DNA of 57,045 nucleotides from Leucoraja ocellata (GCA_036785375.1 JAWMAR010000541.1:6956-64000); one strand, 5' to 3'. Positions 12,380 through 25,487 are shown, counted from the stretch's first letter. Numbers and translations are program-made. Notes: a model not told the origin generated them from the letters alone.

Positions 12380-14093
12380 ACCGTGCATAGTTCCTTGAAG
12401 GTGGAATCTCATATAGATAGGGTGGTAAAGAAAGCTTTTGGTATGCTAGCCTTTATAAATCAGAGCATTGAGTATAGAAGCTGGGATGTAATGTTAAAAT
12501 TGTACAAGGCATTGGTGAGACCAAATCTGGAGTATGGTGTACAATTTTGGTCGCCCAATTATGGGAAGGATGTCAACAAAATAGAGAGAGTACAGAGGAG
12601 ATTTACTAGAATGTTGCCTGGGTTTCAGCAACTAAGTTTAAGGGGGGACTTGATAGAGGTCTTTAAAATGATGAGAGGGATAGACAGAGTTGATGTGGAT
12701 CAGCTTTTCCCTTTGAGAATAGGGAAGATTCAAACAAGAGGACATGATTTCAGAATTAAGGGACAGAAGTTTAGGGGTAATATGAGGGGGAACTTCTTTA
12801 CTCAGAGAGTGGTAGCGGTGTGGAATGAGCTTCCAGTGGAAGTGGTGGAGGCAGGTTCGTTGGTATCATTTAAAAATAAATTGGATAGGCATATGGATGA
12901 GAAGGGAATGGAGGGTTATGGTATAAGTGCAGGCAGGTGGGACTAAGGGGAAAAAAAAAAAGTTGTTCGGCACGGACTTGTAGGGCCGAGATGGCCTGTT
13001 TCCGTGCTGCAATTGTTATATGGTTATATGGTTATATCTCTAGACTCCCTCTCCCCTGCCTCTCTGTCTGAAGAAGGGTGTCGACCCAAAACGTCACTCA
13101 TTTCTTTTCTCCAGAGATGCTGCCTGTCCCGCTGAGTTACGCCAGTATTTTGTGTCTAACAAACTCCCCATGGCCTCTAGTCCTAGACTCTCCCACTAGT
13201 GAAAACATCCTCCCCACATTCACTCTATTCAGGCCTATATCCACCACCCCCACCCTCATCAATCATCTTCCTCACCTCCTCAAAAAAACTAATTCATGTT
13301 AGCAAGACAACATAACATATAACATATAACAATTACAGCACGGAAACAGGCCATCTCGACCCTTCTAGTCCGTGCCGAACACATAATCTCCCCTAGTCCC
13401 ATCTACCTGCACTCAGACCATAACCCTCCATTCCCTTCCCATCCATATAACTATCCAATTTATTTTTAAATGATAAAAACAAACCTGCCTCCACCACCTT
13501 CACTGGAAGCTCATTCCACACAGCTACCACTCTCTGAGTAAAGAAGTTCCCCCTCATGTTACCCCTAAACTTCAGTCCCTTAATTCTCAAGCCATGTCCC
13601 CTTGTTTGAATCTTCCCTACTCTCAGTGGGAAAAGCTTTTCCACGTCAACTCTGTCTATCCCTCTCATCATTTTAAAAACCTCTATCAAGTCCCCCCTTA
13701 ACCTTCTGCGCTACAAAGAATAAAGCCCTAACTTGTTCAACCTTTCTCTGTAACTTAGTTGCTGAAACCCAGGCAACATTCTAGTAAATCTCCTCTGTAC
13801 TCTCTCTATTTTGTTGACATCCTTCCTATAATTAGGCGACCAAAATTGTACACCATACTCCAGAATTGGCCTCACCAATGCCTTGTACAATTTTAACATT
13901 ACATCCCAACTTCTATACTCAATGCTCTGATTTATAAAGGCCAGCACACCAAAAGCTTTCTTTACCACCCTATCTACATGAGATTCCACTTTCAGGGAAC
14001 TGTGCACAGTTATTCCCAGATCCCTCTGTTCACCTACATTCTTCAATTCCCTACCATTTACCATGTATTCAATTCCCTACCATTTACCATGTA
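12380..14093. mobile_element. CR1-A copies (+ 12380-13036; - 13311-14093)
   Basis: ORFs 12383-12946, 13393-13689 and 13711-14064. Confidence 0.9.
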
Positions 14094-14470
14094 TATTCAG
14101 GCCTATATCCACCACCGCACCCTCATCAATCATCTTCCTCACCTCCTCAAAAAAACTAATTCATGTTAGTAAGACAACTTGCTACAAATGGGAGAAAAAC
14201 CTAGTGAAGATTCCACCCCAATAGCTGGTGCTGGATCCAATGCTCAAGGGCAGAGATCAGGCATTTCTGGCCAAAACACAATGACAGTGGCTCAAGAGTT
14301 GATGTTGTCACAGCAGATATTCTGAAACTGAGGAACAGCATACTTAGAAGATGTTTTGGCCGGCACGGTGGCACAGTGCTAGAATTGTTGACTAACAGCA
14401 CCAGAGACCCGGGTTAAAACCTGACTACGGGTGCTGTCTGTACGGTGTCTGCACGTTCTCCCGTGAACTG

Positions 14471-15243
14471 ATGAAACTGTGGTGGTGGGCCTGATCTCAG
14501 ACAACGATGAGAGGGCCTACCGGGAGGAGGTGGCTGATCTAGCACTCTGGTGCCAGGATAACAGCCTCCTCTTGAAAATCAAAAAAATGAAGGAGCTGAT
14601 CATGGACTTTAGGAGGGCACATCATCCGAGGACGTACACTCCATTGAGTATAAATGGGGATCCTGTGGATAGGGTGAACTGTTTTAAATATCTGGGAGTC
14701 CACATCTCCGAGGATATGACATGGGCATCACACGCCTCAGCACTCGTGAGTAAGGCAAGGCAGCACCTTTACCACCTCAGGCAATTGAGGAAATTCAGAG
14801 TGTCTCCGAGGATCCTCCAGTGCCGAACGCACTATGGGAACTTCACTCGCCCCCCTGCAGGAACTATACAACAGGAGGTGCAACTCCAGAGCAAATAAAA
14901 TCATGGGAGACCCCTTCCACCCCTGCAACGGACTGTTCCAGCTGCTACGGTCAGGCAAACGCCTCCGTTGCCATGCGGTGAGAACGGAGAGGTTGAGAAG
15001 GAGTTTCTTCCCAGAGGCAATTCGGACTGTAAACGCCTATCTCACCAGGGACTAACTCTACTGAACGTTTTTCCTTCCATTATCCATTATTTATTATGTA
15101 AAAGAATATGTGTGTTATAATTGTGTTTATAATTTGTTTGGTTGTTTTGTTGTTTGTCTTTTGCACAAAAGTCCGCGAGCATTGCCACTTTCATTTCACT
15201 GCACATCTCGTATGTGTATGTGACAAATAAACTTGACTTGACT
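14471..15243 (+). mobile_element. Rex1/Babar LINE nested in a V-SINE (SINE about 14360-15433)
   Basis: RT C-terminus with an internal deletion; TGAACTG duplicated at 14464-14470 and 15244-15250; the SINE resumes at CGTGGGTTTTCTCCGGG. Confidence 0.88.
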
Positions 15244-15580
15244 TGAACTGCGTGGGTTTTCTCCGGGTGCTCCAGTTTCCTCCCACAGTCCAGACATAGG
15301 TTAATTGGCTTCGGTAAAAATAGTAAATTGTCCCTCGTGTGTGTAGGATACTGTTAGTGTGTGGGTATCACTGGTCAGCATGGACTCGGTGGGCCGAAGG
15401 GCCTGTTTCTGTACCGTATCTCTAAACTAAACTACGTGAGGGGGGGATATTTGTTGCATGCGATGATGCGATCAGTAAGAAAGTGACTATTGAATATTCA
15501 GAAGTCAACACAGGTGTTAAAGGTAGCTGGAGATTGTTTCTGTAGGTTCTGGTTTGTGTGGGAGACATCGGCAATATAAT

Positions 15581-16346
15581 AACCATATAACCATATAACA
15601 ATTACAGCACGGAAACAGGCCATCTCGGCCCTACAAGTCCGTGCCGAACAACTTTTTTTCCCTTAGTCCCACCTGCCTGCACTCATACCATAACCCTCCA
15701 TTCCCTTCTCATCCATATGCCTATCCAATTTATTTTTAAATGATACCAATGAACCTGCCTCCACCACTTCCACTGGAAGCTCATTCCACACCGCTACCAC
15801 TCTCTGAGTAAAGAAGTTCCCCCTCATATTACCCCTAAACTTCTGTCCCTTAATTCTGAAGTCATGTCCTCTTGTTTGAATCTTCCCTATTCTCAAAGGG
15901 AAAAGCTTGTCCACATCAACTCTGTCTATCCCTCTCATCATTTTAAAGACCTCTATCAGGTCCCCCCTTAACCTTCTGCGCTCCAGAGAATAAAGACCTA
16001 ACTTATTCAATCTATCTCTGTAACTTAGTTGTTGAAACCCAGGCAACATTCTAGTAAATCTCCTCTGTACTCTCTCTATTTTGTTGACATCCTTCCTATA
16101 ATTGGGCGACCAAAATTGTACACCATACTCCAGATTTGGTCTCACCAATGCCTTGTACAATTTTAACATTACATCCCAGCTTCTATACTCAATGCTCTGA
16201 TTTATAAAGGCTAGCATACCAAAAGCTTTCTTTACCACCCTATCTATATGAGATTCCACTTTCAGGGAACTATGCACGGTTATTCCCAGATCCCTCTGTT
16301 CAACTGTATTCTTCAATTCCCTACCATTTACCATGTACGTCCTATT
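15581..16346 (-). mobile_element. CR1-A
   Basis: ORF 15663-16367; tail repeats. Confidence 0.92.
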
Positions 16347-16681
16347 TATACATCCCCTCGCTTCCAAGAAGGATTTTATGGAATGTTCTTGTATTATCTG
16401 TGGTTGTTATACAAGTGATACAGTGTGGAAACAGGCCCTTCATCCCAACTTGCCCACACCAGCCAACATGTCCCATGTACACTAGTCCCACCTGCCTGCA
16501 TTTGGCCCATATCCCACCAAATGTGCCCTATCCATGCACCTGTCTAACATCACTGTCTACCAGCACCTTGAGACGATGGTGATGTAACCACACCACCAGT
16601 ACAATGGGTGCCTGTTTCCCTGTGTGTGCATTTCCACAGAACACTGTGTCACAAGCTCGGCAACGACCACACATCTCTCAC

Positions 16682-16756
16682 CTGTCACCTCCACACTGGC
16701 TCCTGTGATGTAGCTGCTGTCGTCAGATGCCAAGAAAGCACACACGGAGGCAACCT
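16682..16756 (-). CDS. HSD17B8: HSD17B8 exon 8 (EVASVCAFLASDDSSYITGASVEVT-G)
   Basis: CAG acceptor and GTGAGA donor, 75 nt, phase 1-1; FLAS...YITG motif. Confidence 0.94.
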
Positions 16757-17840
16757 CTGTAGGAGAGACACAGGGAGTGAGACTAGTTACAGACGGAGGC
16801 AGTGAGACTGGGGACAGGCGGAGGCAACTTCTGTAGGAGGGACACAGGCAGTGAGACTGGGTACAGACGGAGGCAACCTCCGTAGGAGAGACACAGGCAG
16901 TGAGACTAGTTACAGGCAGTGAGACTGGGTACAGGCAGAGGTAGCCTATGTAGGAGGGACACAGGCAGTGAGACAGTACAGGCAGAGGCAGTGAGACTGG
17001 GTAGAGGCAGAGGCAACTTCTGTAGGAGGGACACAGGGAGTGAGACTAGTTACAGACGGCGAGACAGGGTACAGGCGGAGGCAGTGAGACCGGGGACAGG
17101 CGGGTGCAACCTCTGTAGGAGGGACACAGACAGTGAGACAGTACAGGCGGAGAGACAGGGTACAGGCGGAGGCAGTGAGACTGGGTACAGGCGGAGGCAG
17201 TGAGACTAGTTACAGGCAGTGAGACCGGGGACAGGCGGAGGCAACCTCTGTAGGAGGGACACAGGCAGTGAGACAGTACAGGCGGAGGCAGTGAGACTGG
17301 GTACAGGCGGAGGAAACCTCTAGGAGGGACACAGGCAGTGAGACTGGGTACAGGCGGAGGCAACCTCTGTAGGAGGATACAGACAGCAAGACTAGGTACA
17401 GGCAGCACGACAAGACACAGGCAACAAAACTGGGGACAGGCGGAGGGAACCTCTGTAGGGGGATACAGGCAGTGAGACAGTACAGACGGAGGCAGTGAGA
17501 CTGGGTACAGGCGGAGGCAGTGAGATTGGGTACAGGCGGAGGCAGTGAGACTGGGTACAGACGGAGGCAGTGAGACAGTACAGACGACAAGATTGTACAG
17601 GCGGAGGCAACCTCTGGGAGGCACACAGGCAGCAAGACTAGGTACATGCAGCACGACAGGACACAGGCAACAAAACTGGTTACAGGCGGAGGGAACCTCT
17701 GTAGGGGGATACAGGCAGCAAGACTAGGTACAGGCAGCACGACAAGACACAGGCAACTAAACTGGTTACAGGCAGAGGGAACCTGTGTAGGGGGATACGT
17801 ACAGTGAGATGGGACACTACCTGGACAGAGGGACAGGCAT
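16746..17840 (-). repeat. complex minisatellite copying the HSD17B8 exon 8 acceptor
   Basis: About a dozen variants of tctcctacag|AGGTTGCCTCCG interleaved with GTCTCACTGCCTCCGCCTGTACCCA units. Confidence 0.9.
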
Positions 17841-18380
17841 TGAGACGAGGTCTATGCACCAGCAACCTCAGCAGAACAATACAGGCACTGAGAACCTTTC
17901 CATCTCCACTTTAAAAATACCCATTGACTTGGCCTCCACAACCCTCTGCAGCAATGAAGCCCACATTCACCACCCTCTGCCTAAAGAACCTCCTCCTCAT
18001 CTCCATTCTAAAGGTACATCCTTTTATTCTGGTCCCAGACTCTCCCACTAGTGGAAACATCCTCTCCACATCCACTCTATCCAGGCCTTTCACTATTCAG
18101 TGAGTTTCAATGAGGTCCCCCCTCATCCTTCTAAACCCCAGTGAGTACAGGCCCAGAGACGCAAAACGCTCATCATATGTTAACCCAGTCATCCCTGAGA
18201 TCATTCTTGTAAACCATCTCAAGGCCCTCTCCAAAGCCACATATCGCTCCTCAGATATGGGGCCCAGAGTGTTTGCTAGTGCTGTCGGGGAGGATTTAAA
18301 CTAATGTGGCGGAGGGGGTGCAAGAGCAGAGAGGCAGAGGGGTGTAAAAGGAGGGTAGAAGCAATAAGTAGCAAGGTGAA

Positions 18381-18990
18381 AACCATATACCCATATAACA
18401 ATTACAGCACGGAAACAGGCCATCTCGGCCCTACAAGTCCGTGCCGAACAACTTTTTTTCCCTTAGTCCCACCTGCCTGCACTCATACCATAACCCTCCA
18501 TTCCCTTCTCATCCATATGCCTATCCAATTTATTTTTAAATGATACCAATGAACCTGCCTCCACCACTTCCACTGGAAGCTCATTCCACACCGCTACCAC
18601 TCTCTGAGTAAAGAAGTTCCCCCTCATATTACCCCTAAACTTCTGTCCCTTAATTCTCAAGTCATGTCCCCTTGTTTGAATCTTCCCTACTCTCAGTGGG
18701 AAAAGCTTTTCCACGTCAACTCTGTCTATCCCTCTCATCATTTTAAAAACCTCTATCAAGTCCCCCCTTAACCTTCTGCGCTCCAGAGAATAAAGACCTA
18801 ACTTATTCAACCTATCTCTGTAACTTAGTTGTTGAAACCCAGGCAACATTCTAGTAAATCTCCTCTGTACTCTCTCTAATTTGTTGACATCCTTCCTATA
18901 ATTGGGCGACCAAAATTGTACACCATACTCCAGATTTGGTCTCACCAATGCCTTGTACAATTTTAACATTACATTCCAGCTTCTATGCTC
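18381..18990 (-). mobile_element. CR1-A
   Basis: ORF 18463-19038. Confidence 0.9.
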
Positions 18991-19511
18991 AAAAGGGGAT
19001 GAGTTCAAGGAAAATGTAGAATCGACCCAAAACGTCACCGATTCCTTCTATCCAGAGATGCTGCCTGTCTGCCTGCCTGTGTTACTCCAGCATTTTGTTT
19101 ATCTTCAGTTTAAACCAGCATCTGTAGTTCCTTCCGACAACTTTACTAAGCCACCCTCTCTCTACAACCTCTCACCACTTAGAACACAGAGCAGTGCACA
19201 GAGCAGGGCAGCGGTAGAGTTGCTGCCACACAGCGCCAGAGACCCGGGTACGATCCCGACTACATAGAAACATAGACAATAGGTGCAGGAGTAGGCCACT
19301 CGGCCCTTCGAGCCTGCACCATTCGCCATTCAATATGATCATGGCTGATCATCCAACTCAGTATCCCGTACCTGCCTTCTCTCCATACCCCCTGATCCCC
19401 TTAGCCACAAGGGCCACATCTAACTCCCTCTTAAATATAGTCAATGAACTGGCCTCAACTACCCTCTCTGGCAGAGAGTTCCAGAGATTCACCACTCTCT
19501 GTGTGAAAAAA

Positions 19512-19888
19512 GCAGACCTCCCGGTGGCTCAGCACTTCAACTCCCCCTCCGTCTCCGACCTCTCTGTCCTGGGTCTCCTCCATGGCCACAGCGAGCAGCA
19601 CCGGAAATTGGAGGAACAGCACCTCATATTCCGTTTGGGGAGTCTGCATCCTGGGGGCATGAACATCGAATTCTCCCAATTTTGTTAGTCCTTGCTGTCT
19701 CCTCCCCTTCCTCAGTCCCCCTGCTGTCTCCTCCCATCCCCCAGCCTTCGGGCTCCTCCTCCTTTTTCCTTTCTTGTCCCCGCCCCCGATCAGTCTGAAG
19801 AAGGGTTTCGGCCCGAAACGTTGCCTATTTCCTTCGCTCCATAGATGCTGCTGCACCCGCTGAGTTTCTCCAGCTTTTTTGTGTACCT
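19512..19888 (+). mobile_element. Penelope-like element 3' fragment (GIY-YIG C-terminus plus terminal repeat)
   Basis: Encodes DLPVAQHFNSPS..DLSVLGL...RKLEEQHLIFRLGSLHPGGMNIEF*, followed by a pyrimidine tract and the hammerhead-bearing terminal segment. Similar KLEEQHLIF fragments occur near 12095 and 20140. Confidence 0.8.
19795..19822 (+). ncRNA. minimal type I hammerhead ribozyme core (Penelope-associated)
   Basis: CTGAAGA-A-GGGT-TTCG-GCCC-GAAAC-GTT. Confidence 0.7.
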
Positions 19889-19929
19889 TCATTCCTCCAT
19901 CCCACTGTGTGTCGGACAGCCTCACTCAC

Positions 19930-19972
19930 CAGAAGCATCTCCCAGACGTCCCATGGGCACCAGCTGTAACAC
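19930..19972 (-). CDS. HSD17B8: HSD17B8 exon 7 (VLQLVPMGRLGDAS)
   Basis: CAG acceptor and GTGAGT donor, 43 nt, phase 0->1; PMGRLG motif. Confidence 0.92.
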
Positions 19973-20640
19973 CTGGGGGAGGAGAGGGGAACCGTTCAAC
20001 ATGGTTTGCCAACATCGCGATCCAAGTACGCAGGAAATTGCAGAGAATCGCAGACGCAGCCCAGACCATCACACAAACCAACCTCCCTTCCACTGACTCC
20101 ATCTACACTTCACGCTGCCTCGGCAAGGCCAGCAGCATAAAACACAAACTGGAGGAACAGCACCTCATTTTTAGCTTGGGCAACTTACGACCTAGTGGTA
20201 TGAACATTTTGTCTGCTCCACTGCTAAATCTCAAGGTATGCCTACTTTGAAGAAGTTCTCCTCCTCTCCCCGACAACAATTCTGCCCTCTCCCCTGACTC
20301 TCAGTCTGCAGAAGGGTCTCGACCTGAAACGCCATCCATTCCTTTGCTCCAGAGATGCTGCCTGTCCCGCTGAGTTACTCCAGCATTTTGTGTCCATCTT
20401 CGGTATGAATATTGATTTCTCCAATTTCAAGTAACCCCTTCACCCCCTCTCTCTCCATCCCTCTCCCACCTTAGTCGTCGTACTAGTTTCACTGTTGTTC
20501 TGTTGAGTTTCATTGTCTGTATAACTCTTCATCACCTTCCCCACAGCCAACAATGGACCATTGTGGGCTCTACCTTCCCTTGATCATCGTTGCTGTTTGC
20601 ACATCTTTCATTTTTCAATTGTTCTCTGTTCTATGTACTT

Positions 20641-21408
20641 TAGAAACATAGAAACATAGAAATTAGGTGCAGGAGTAGGCCATTCGGCCCTTCGAGCCTG
20701 CACCGCCATTCAATATGATCATGGCTGATCATCCAACTCAGTATCCCGTACCTGCCTTCTCTCCATACCCCCTGATCCCCGTAGCCACAAGGGCCACATC
20801 TAACTCCCTCTTAAATATAGCCAATGAACTGGCCTCAACTACCCTCTGTAGCAGAGAGTTCCAGAGATTCACCACTCTCTGTGTGAAAAAAGTTCTGATC
20901 ATCTCGGTTTTAAAGGATTTCCCCCTTATCCTTAAGCTGTGACCCCTTGTCCTGGACTTCCCCAACATCGGGAACAATCTTCCTGCATCTAGCCTGTCCA
21001 ACCCCTTAAGAATTTTGTAAGTTTCTATAAGATCCCCTCTCAATCTCCTAAATTCTAGAGAGTATAAACCAAGTCTATCCAGTCTTTCTTCATAAGACAG
21101 TCCTGACATCCCAGGAATCAGTCTGGTGAACCGTCTCTGCACTCCCTCTATGGCAATAATGTCCTTCCTCAGATTTGGAGACCAAAACTGTACGCAATAC
21201 TCCAGGTGTGGTCTCACCAAGACCCTGTACAACTGCAGTAGAACCTCCCTGCTCCTATACTCAAATCCTTTTGCAATGAAAGCTAACATACCATTCGCTT
21301 TCTTTACTGCCTGCTGCACCTGCATGCCTACCTTCAATGACTGGTGTACCATGACACCCAGGTCTCGCTGCATCTCCCCCTTTCCCAATCGGCCACCATT
21401 TAGATAAT
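20641..21408 (-). mobile_element. CR1-B
   Basis: ORF 20738-21436. Confidence 0.92.
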
Positions 21409-22694
21409 TCTCGTTTCTCTTTCCCCTGACTCTCACTGAAGAAGGGTCTTGACCAGAAACGTCACCTATTCCGTTTCTCCAGAGATGCTGCCTGACCCGT
21501 TGAGTTACTCCAGCCTCTTGTGTCTATCTTCAGCATAATCAGGGATCAGTCTCACCCGCTCGCTCCCTCTTCTCCCCTCTCACATGAGGCAAGAGGTACA
21601 GAAGTTTGAAAACGCATGCATAGAAACATTAAAAATAGGTGCAGGAGGCCATTCGGCCCTTCGAGCCAGCACTGCCATTCATTGTGATCGTGGCTGATCA
21701 TCCCCAACCTGCCTTCTCCCCATATCCCTTGATTCCATTAGCCCCAAGAGCTGTATCTAACTCTCTCTTAAATCCATCATGTGGCTTGGCCTCCACTGCC
21801 TTCTGTGGCAGGGAATGCCTCTAGATTCAGGGACAGTTTCTTCCCAGCTGTTATCAGGCAACTGACCTGTCCTTCAACTAGCTAGAGAGTGGTCCTGACC
21901 TCCCATCTATCTCATTGGAGATCTACAAACTCTCTTGAATCGGGTTATTTGGACCTCAATGTTATATCTTGTACGAAGCGTTGTACACTATATCTCTGTA
22001 CAGTGGACAGCTTGATTGTACCATGGTGTGGAATGAGCTTCCAGTGGAAGTGGTGGAGGCAGGTTCGTTGGTATCATTTAAAAATAAATTGGATAGGCAT
22101 ATGGAAGAAAAGGGAATGGAGGGTTATGGTATGAGTGCAGGCAGGTGGGACTAAGGGAAAAAAGTTGTTCGGCACGGACTTGTAGGGCCGAGATGGCCTG
22201 TTTCCGTGCTGTAATTGTTATATGGTTATATGGTTAATGGACTGGGCAGTGTTTACTGTTCTCTGTAATCTCACTTTGACCTCATTGTTTGAACCTTTGG
22301 GGGGAGGGGGGGGGGGGGGGGAGAAGAGGGTGTTTGTAAAGATGGGGGTTAGGATGGGGGCAGCTTCACCACACCTCCCCCCCCCCCCCTACTGCCCCCT
22401 TGTGGAAAGCTCCTCCCTTCCCCCTCAGGCCCAGACGACCCATGATGGGCGGGGGGGGGGGGGGGTATTTAACTTTCTGCCCCAGTACAGGCACGTCCTG
22501 ATGTGTGAAGAATCTGTGTCCATGGTATATAGTGATACAGTGTGGAAACAGGCCCTTCAGCCCAACTTGCCCACGCCGACCAACATGCACCCGTCTAAAT
22601 GTTTGTACACCTTGCGATAGTGTGTGTTGTGGCCTGGCGGAGGGAGCGGTGTGGTCCACGCGCCACCACTGTGGGGATTCACCGCTGGCCTTAC

Positions 22695-22779
22695 CTTCTC
22701 CAGCACCTTGGGGGGCACCTTGGCTGCCATCCGTGTGTCAATGAACCCCGGCACGATGGCGTTACACCGGATGCCAAAC
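22695..22779 (-). CDS. HSD17B8: HSD17B8 exon 6 (FGIRCNAIVPGFIDTRMAAKVPPKVLEK)
   Basis: AG/GTAAGG boundaries, 85 nt, phase 2->0; IRxN..PGFIxT motif. Confidence 0.95.
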
Positions 22780-23091
22780 CTGCAGGCACAGTCCGTCAGT
22801 AGAGATGATCAGGCCGAATTTTAGTTAAAAATATAAGAAGATATTACAATAGGTTTCTGGGCTAGCTTACAGCTTATATTTAGTGTCAAATTAGGCTTGC
22901 CTCAGGTTGCAGTGTGTGGGATAATAAATACCATAACATTGTCTCCCAAGTGAGGAAGTGACAGAGAGGAAGAGAGACATAGCTAGTCACATCTTTGAAG
23001 TAAGATGCCATAAACCAAATGGCCTATGTTTATGAGGGACCAAGTGACAGAGAGGAAGAGAGACATAGCTAGTCACATCTTTGAAGTAAGA

Positions 23092-23702
23092 TTTTTTTTT
23101 TTTTTTTTTTTTAAACAATTACAGCGCGTAAACAGGCCATCTCGGCCCTACAAGTCTGTGCCGAACAAATGTTTTTTCCCCTTAGTCCCACCTGCCTGCA
23201 CTCGTACCATAACCCTCCATTCCCTTCTCATCCATATGCCTATCCAATTTATTTTTAAATAATACCAATGAACCTGCCTCCACCACTTCCACTGGAAGCT
23301 CATTCCACACCGCTACCACTATCTGAGTAAAGAAGTTCCCCCTCATATTACCCCTAAACTTCTGTCCATTAATTCTGAAGTCATGTCCTCTTGTTTGAAT
23401 CTTCCCTATTCTCAAAGGGAAAAGCTTGTCCACATCAACTCTGTCTATCCCTCTCATCATTTTAAAGACCTCTATCAGGTCCCCCCTTAACCTTCTGCGC
23501 TCTAGAGAATAAAGACCTAACTTATTCAACCTATCTCTGTAACTTAGTTGTTGAAACCCAGGCAACATTCTAGTAAATCTCCTCTGTACTCTCTCTATTT
23601 TGTTGACATCCTTCCTATAATTGGGCGACCAAAATTGTACACCATACTCCAGATTTGGCCTCACCAATGCCTTGTACAATTTTAACATTACATCCCAGCT
23701 TC
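23092..23702 (-). mobile_element. CR1-A with a poly(A) tail, inside an LTR-like element
   Basis: ORF 23182-23718; T run 23092-23112 replaces the usual octamer tail. Confidence 0.88.
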
Positions 23703-24554
23703 CATAAAGGGATGCCATAAACCAAATGGCCTATGTTTATGAGGGACCAAGTGACAGAGAGGAAGCAGCGAAAAGAGCTAGGGTGATCTATTTGGAGATA
23801 AAATAACCTAAAGCAAATGGCCAATGTTTTTAGTATATCTTGTACCATGTAAACAAAAGGCCTTTGATGTGATGCATTCTGTGGAAACCTTTTCCTGTAC
23901 CTCTGACCATGACTGTGGAATGTGCTAAGGGGACAAAAAAACCCTATTTAAGGCAATGTAATTCTGTTGTTCAGAGAAGGTGGCTGAGCACAGTCAAGTG
24001 TCTGTGTTGGTCACTTAGCTGGAGTTCTCGCTCCCTTCCATCGGCTGATGTTAAGTAAAGTTTTGAACTGGTCTACCAAACAGTTTGTGTGGTGTCTGTT
24101 TATTAAGAAGCAAACCTGGTTTAGTAGTTATAAAAGGAACTTTGTCAGAGACTCCCAGAGTGAGGGGGACATGGGCTCTAACACTGGCAGGGAGAGAGAG
24201 GGTGGGGGGAGCGAGAGGGTGGGGGGGAGAGGGGGGTGAGGGGGAGATGAGGGAGAGGGGGAGAGGGGGAGAAGGTGGCGGAGGGGGGGCTGAGCACAGG
24301 TCTGACAATGTTTAAACCCGAGGCAAGGTACGATGGGGACCCAGTGTCATTCACTGATCACGGGGCACTGGGTGAACAGGATGGGGCGCGTTAGGATGGA
24401 GAGAAGGAATGGGGGATGTTGCGACCCTTCCTCAGACTGAAAGTTCTTCTTCTTTTTCATTTTCTCCAGAGATGCTGCCTGACCCACCGAGTTACTCCAG
24501 CATTGTGTGAATATCTTCAGTAATAACCAGCACCTGCAGTTTCTACCTACACAG

Positions 24555-25005
24555 ATAGAGACACACACACACACGCAGACATAGACACAGAGGGACACAC
24601 TCACACGCGCAGACATAGACACACAGGCAGATATAGACACACACGCAGATATAGACACACAGGGACACACACGCAGATATAGACACAGGGACACACACGC
24701 AGATATAGACACACACGCAGATATAGACACACACGCAGATATAGACACACACGTAAATATAGACACACACGCAGATATAGACACACAGGGACACACACGC
24801 AGATATAGACACACACGCAGATATAGACACACAGGGCCACACACGCAGATATAGACACACAGGGACACACACGCAGATATAGACACACAGGGACACACAC
24901 GCAGATATAGACACACAGGGACACACACGCAGATATAGACACACAGGGACACACACGCAGATATAGACACACAGGGACACACACGCAGATATAGACACGC
25001 ACACA
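24555..25005. repeat. minisatellite (ACACACGCAGATATAGACACACAGGG-type units) directly after the HSD17B8 exon 5 donor
   Basis: Visible 20/30-bp tandem units. Confidence 0.9.
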
Positions 25006-25009
25006 ATAC

Positions 25010-25095
25010 CTGGCCAGCTCCTTTGCGCTGCTCTTTGTCAGGGCCACCACTCCTGCCTTCGATGCCGTGTAATTGGTCTGTCCCACGTTTCCAAC
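25010..25095 (-). CDS. HSD17B8: HSD17B8 exon 5 ([29 protein letters not shown])
   Basis: AG/GT boundaries, 86 nt, phase 0->2; catalytic YxxxK (YTASK). Confidence 0.96.
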
Positions 25096-25487
25096 CTGTT
25101 GTAGGACAGCATCATCATTAGCAATCTCCACACTGGCCAATAAAGCAGCTCCTCCAGCCCCCCCCCGCCCCCACATACCACACACACACATGTGCGCACA
25201 CACGCATGTGCGCACACACACACGCACGCACACAGATCCGCATGTGCACCCAAACAACCCTCCCCTCGCCCCCAACCTACTCCAACCCCTCACACACACA
25301 CCTCCCCCCCCCCACTCCCCAACCTCACTCCAACCGCACGCACACACATACCCCTCCCCTCCCCCACCTCACTCCAAACCACCCCCTCATAGACACACAT
25401 TCCCCTCCCCCTCCTCTACACCACTCTAAACCACTCCGCCCCCCTTCAATCGCCCCCCTCCCCTGCCTCACTCTAAACCCAATCGCT

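Noticed and set aside
14200-14225. GGIFT-like segment as an HSD17B8 last exon
   Set aside because: It has no adjacent AG acceptor; 11151-11167 fits exactly.
16746-17840. CRISPR-like repeat/spacer appearance
   Set aside because: The DNA is eukaryotic, the 'spacers' are themselves repeat variants, and there are no cas genes.
24347-25347. Cys/Val-rich ORFs
   Set aside because: They are translations of a CA-rich minisatellite; only exon 5 is real.
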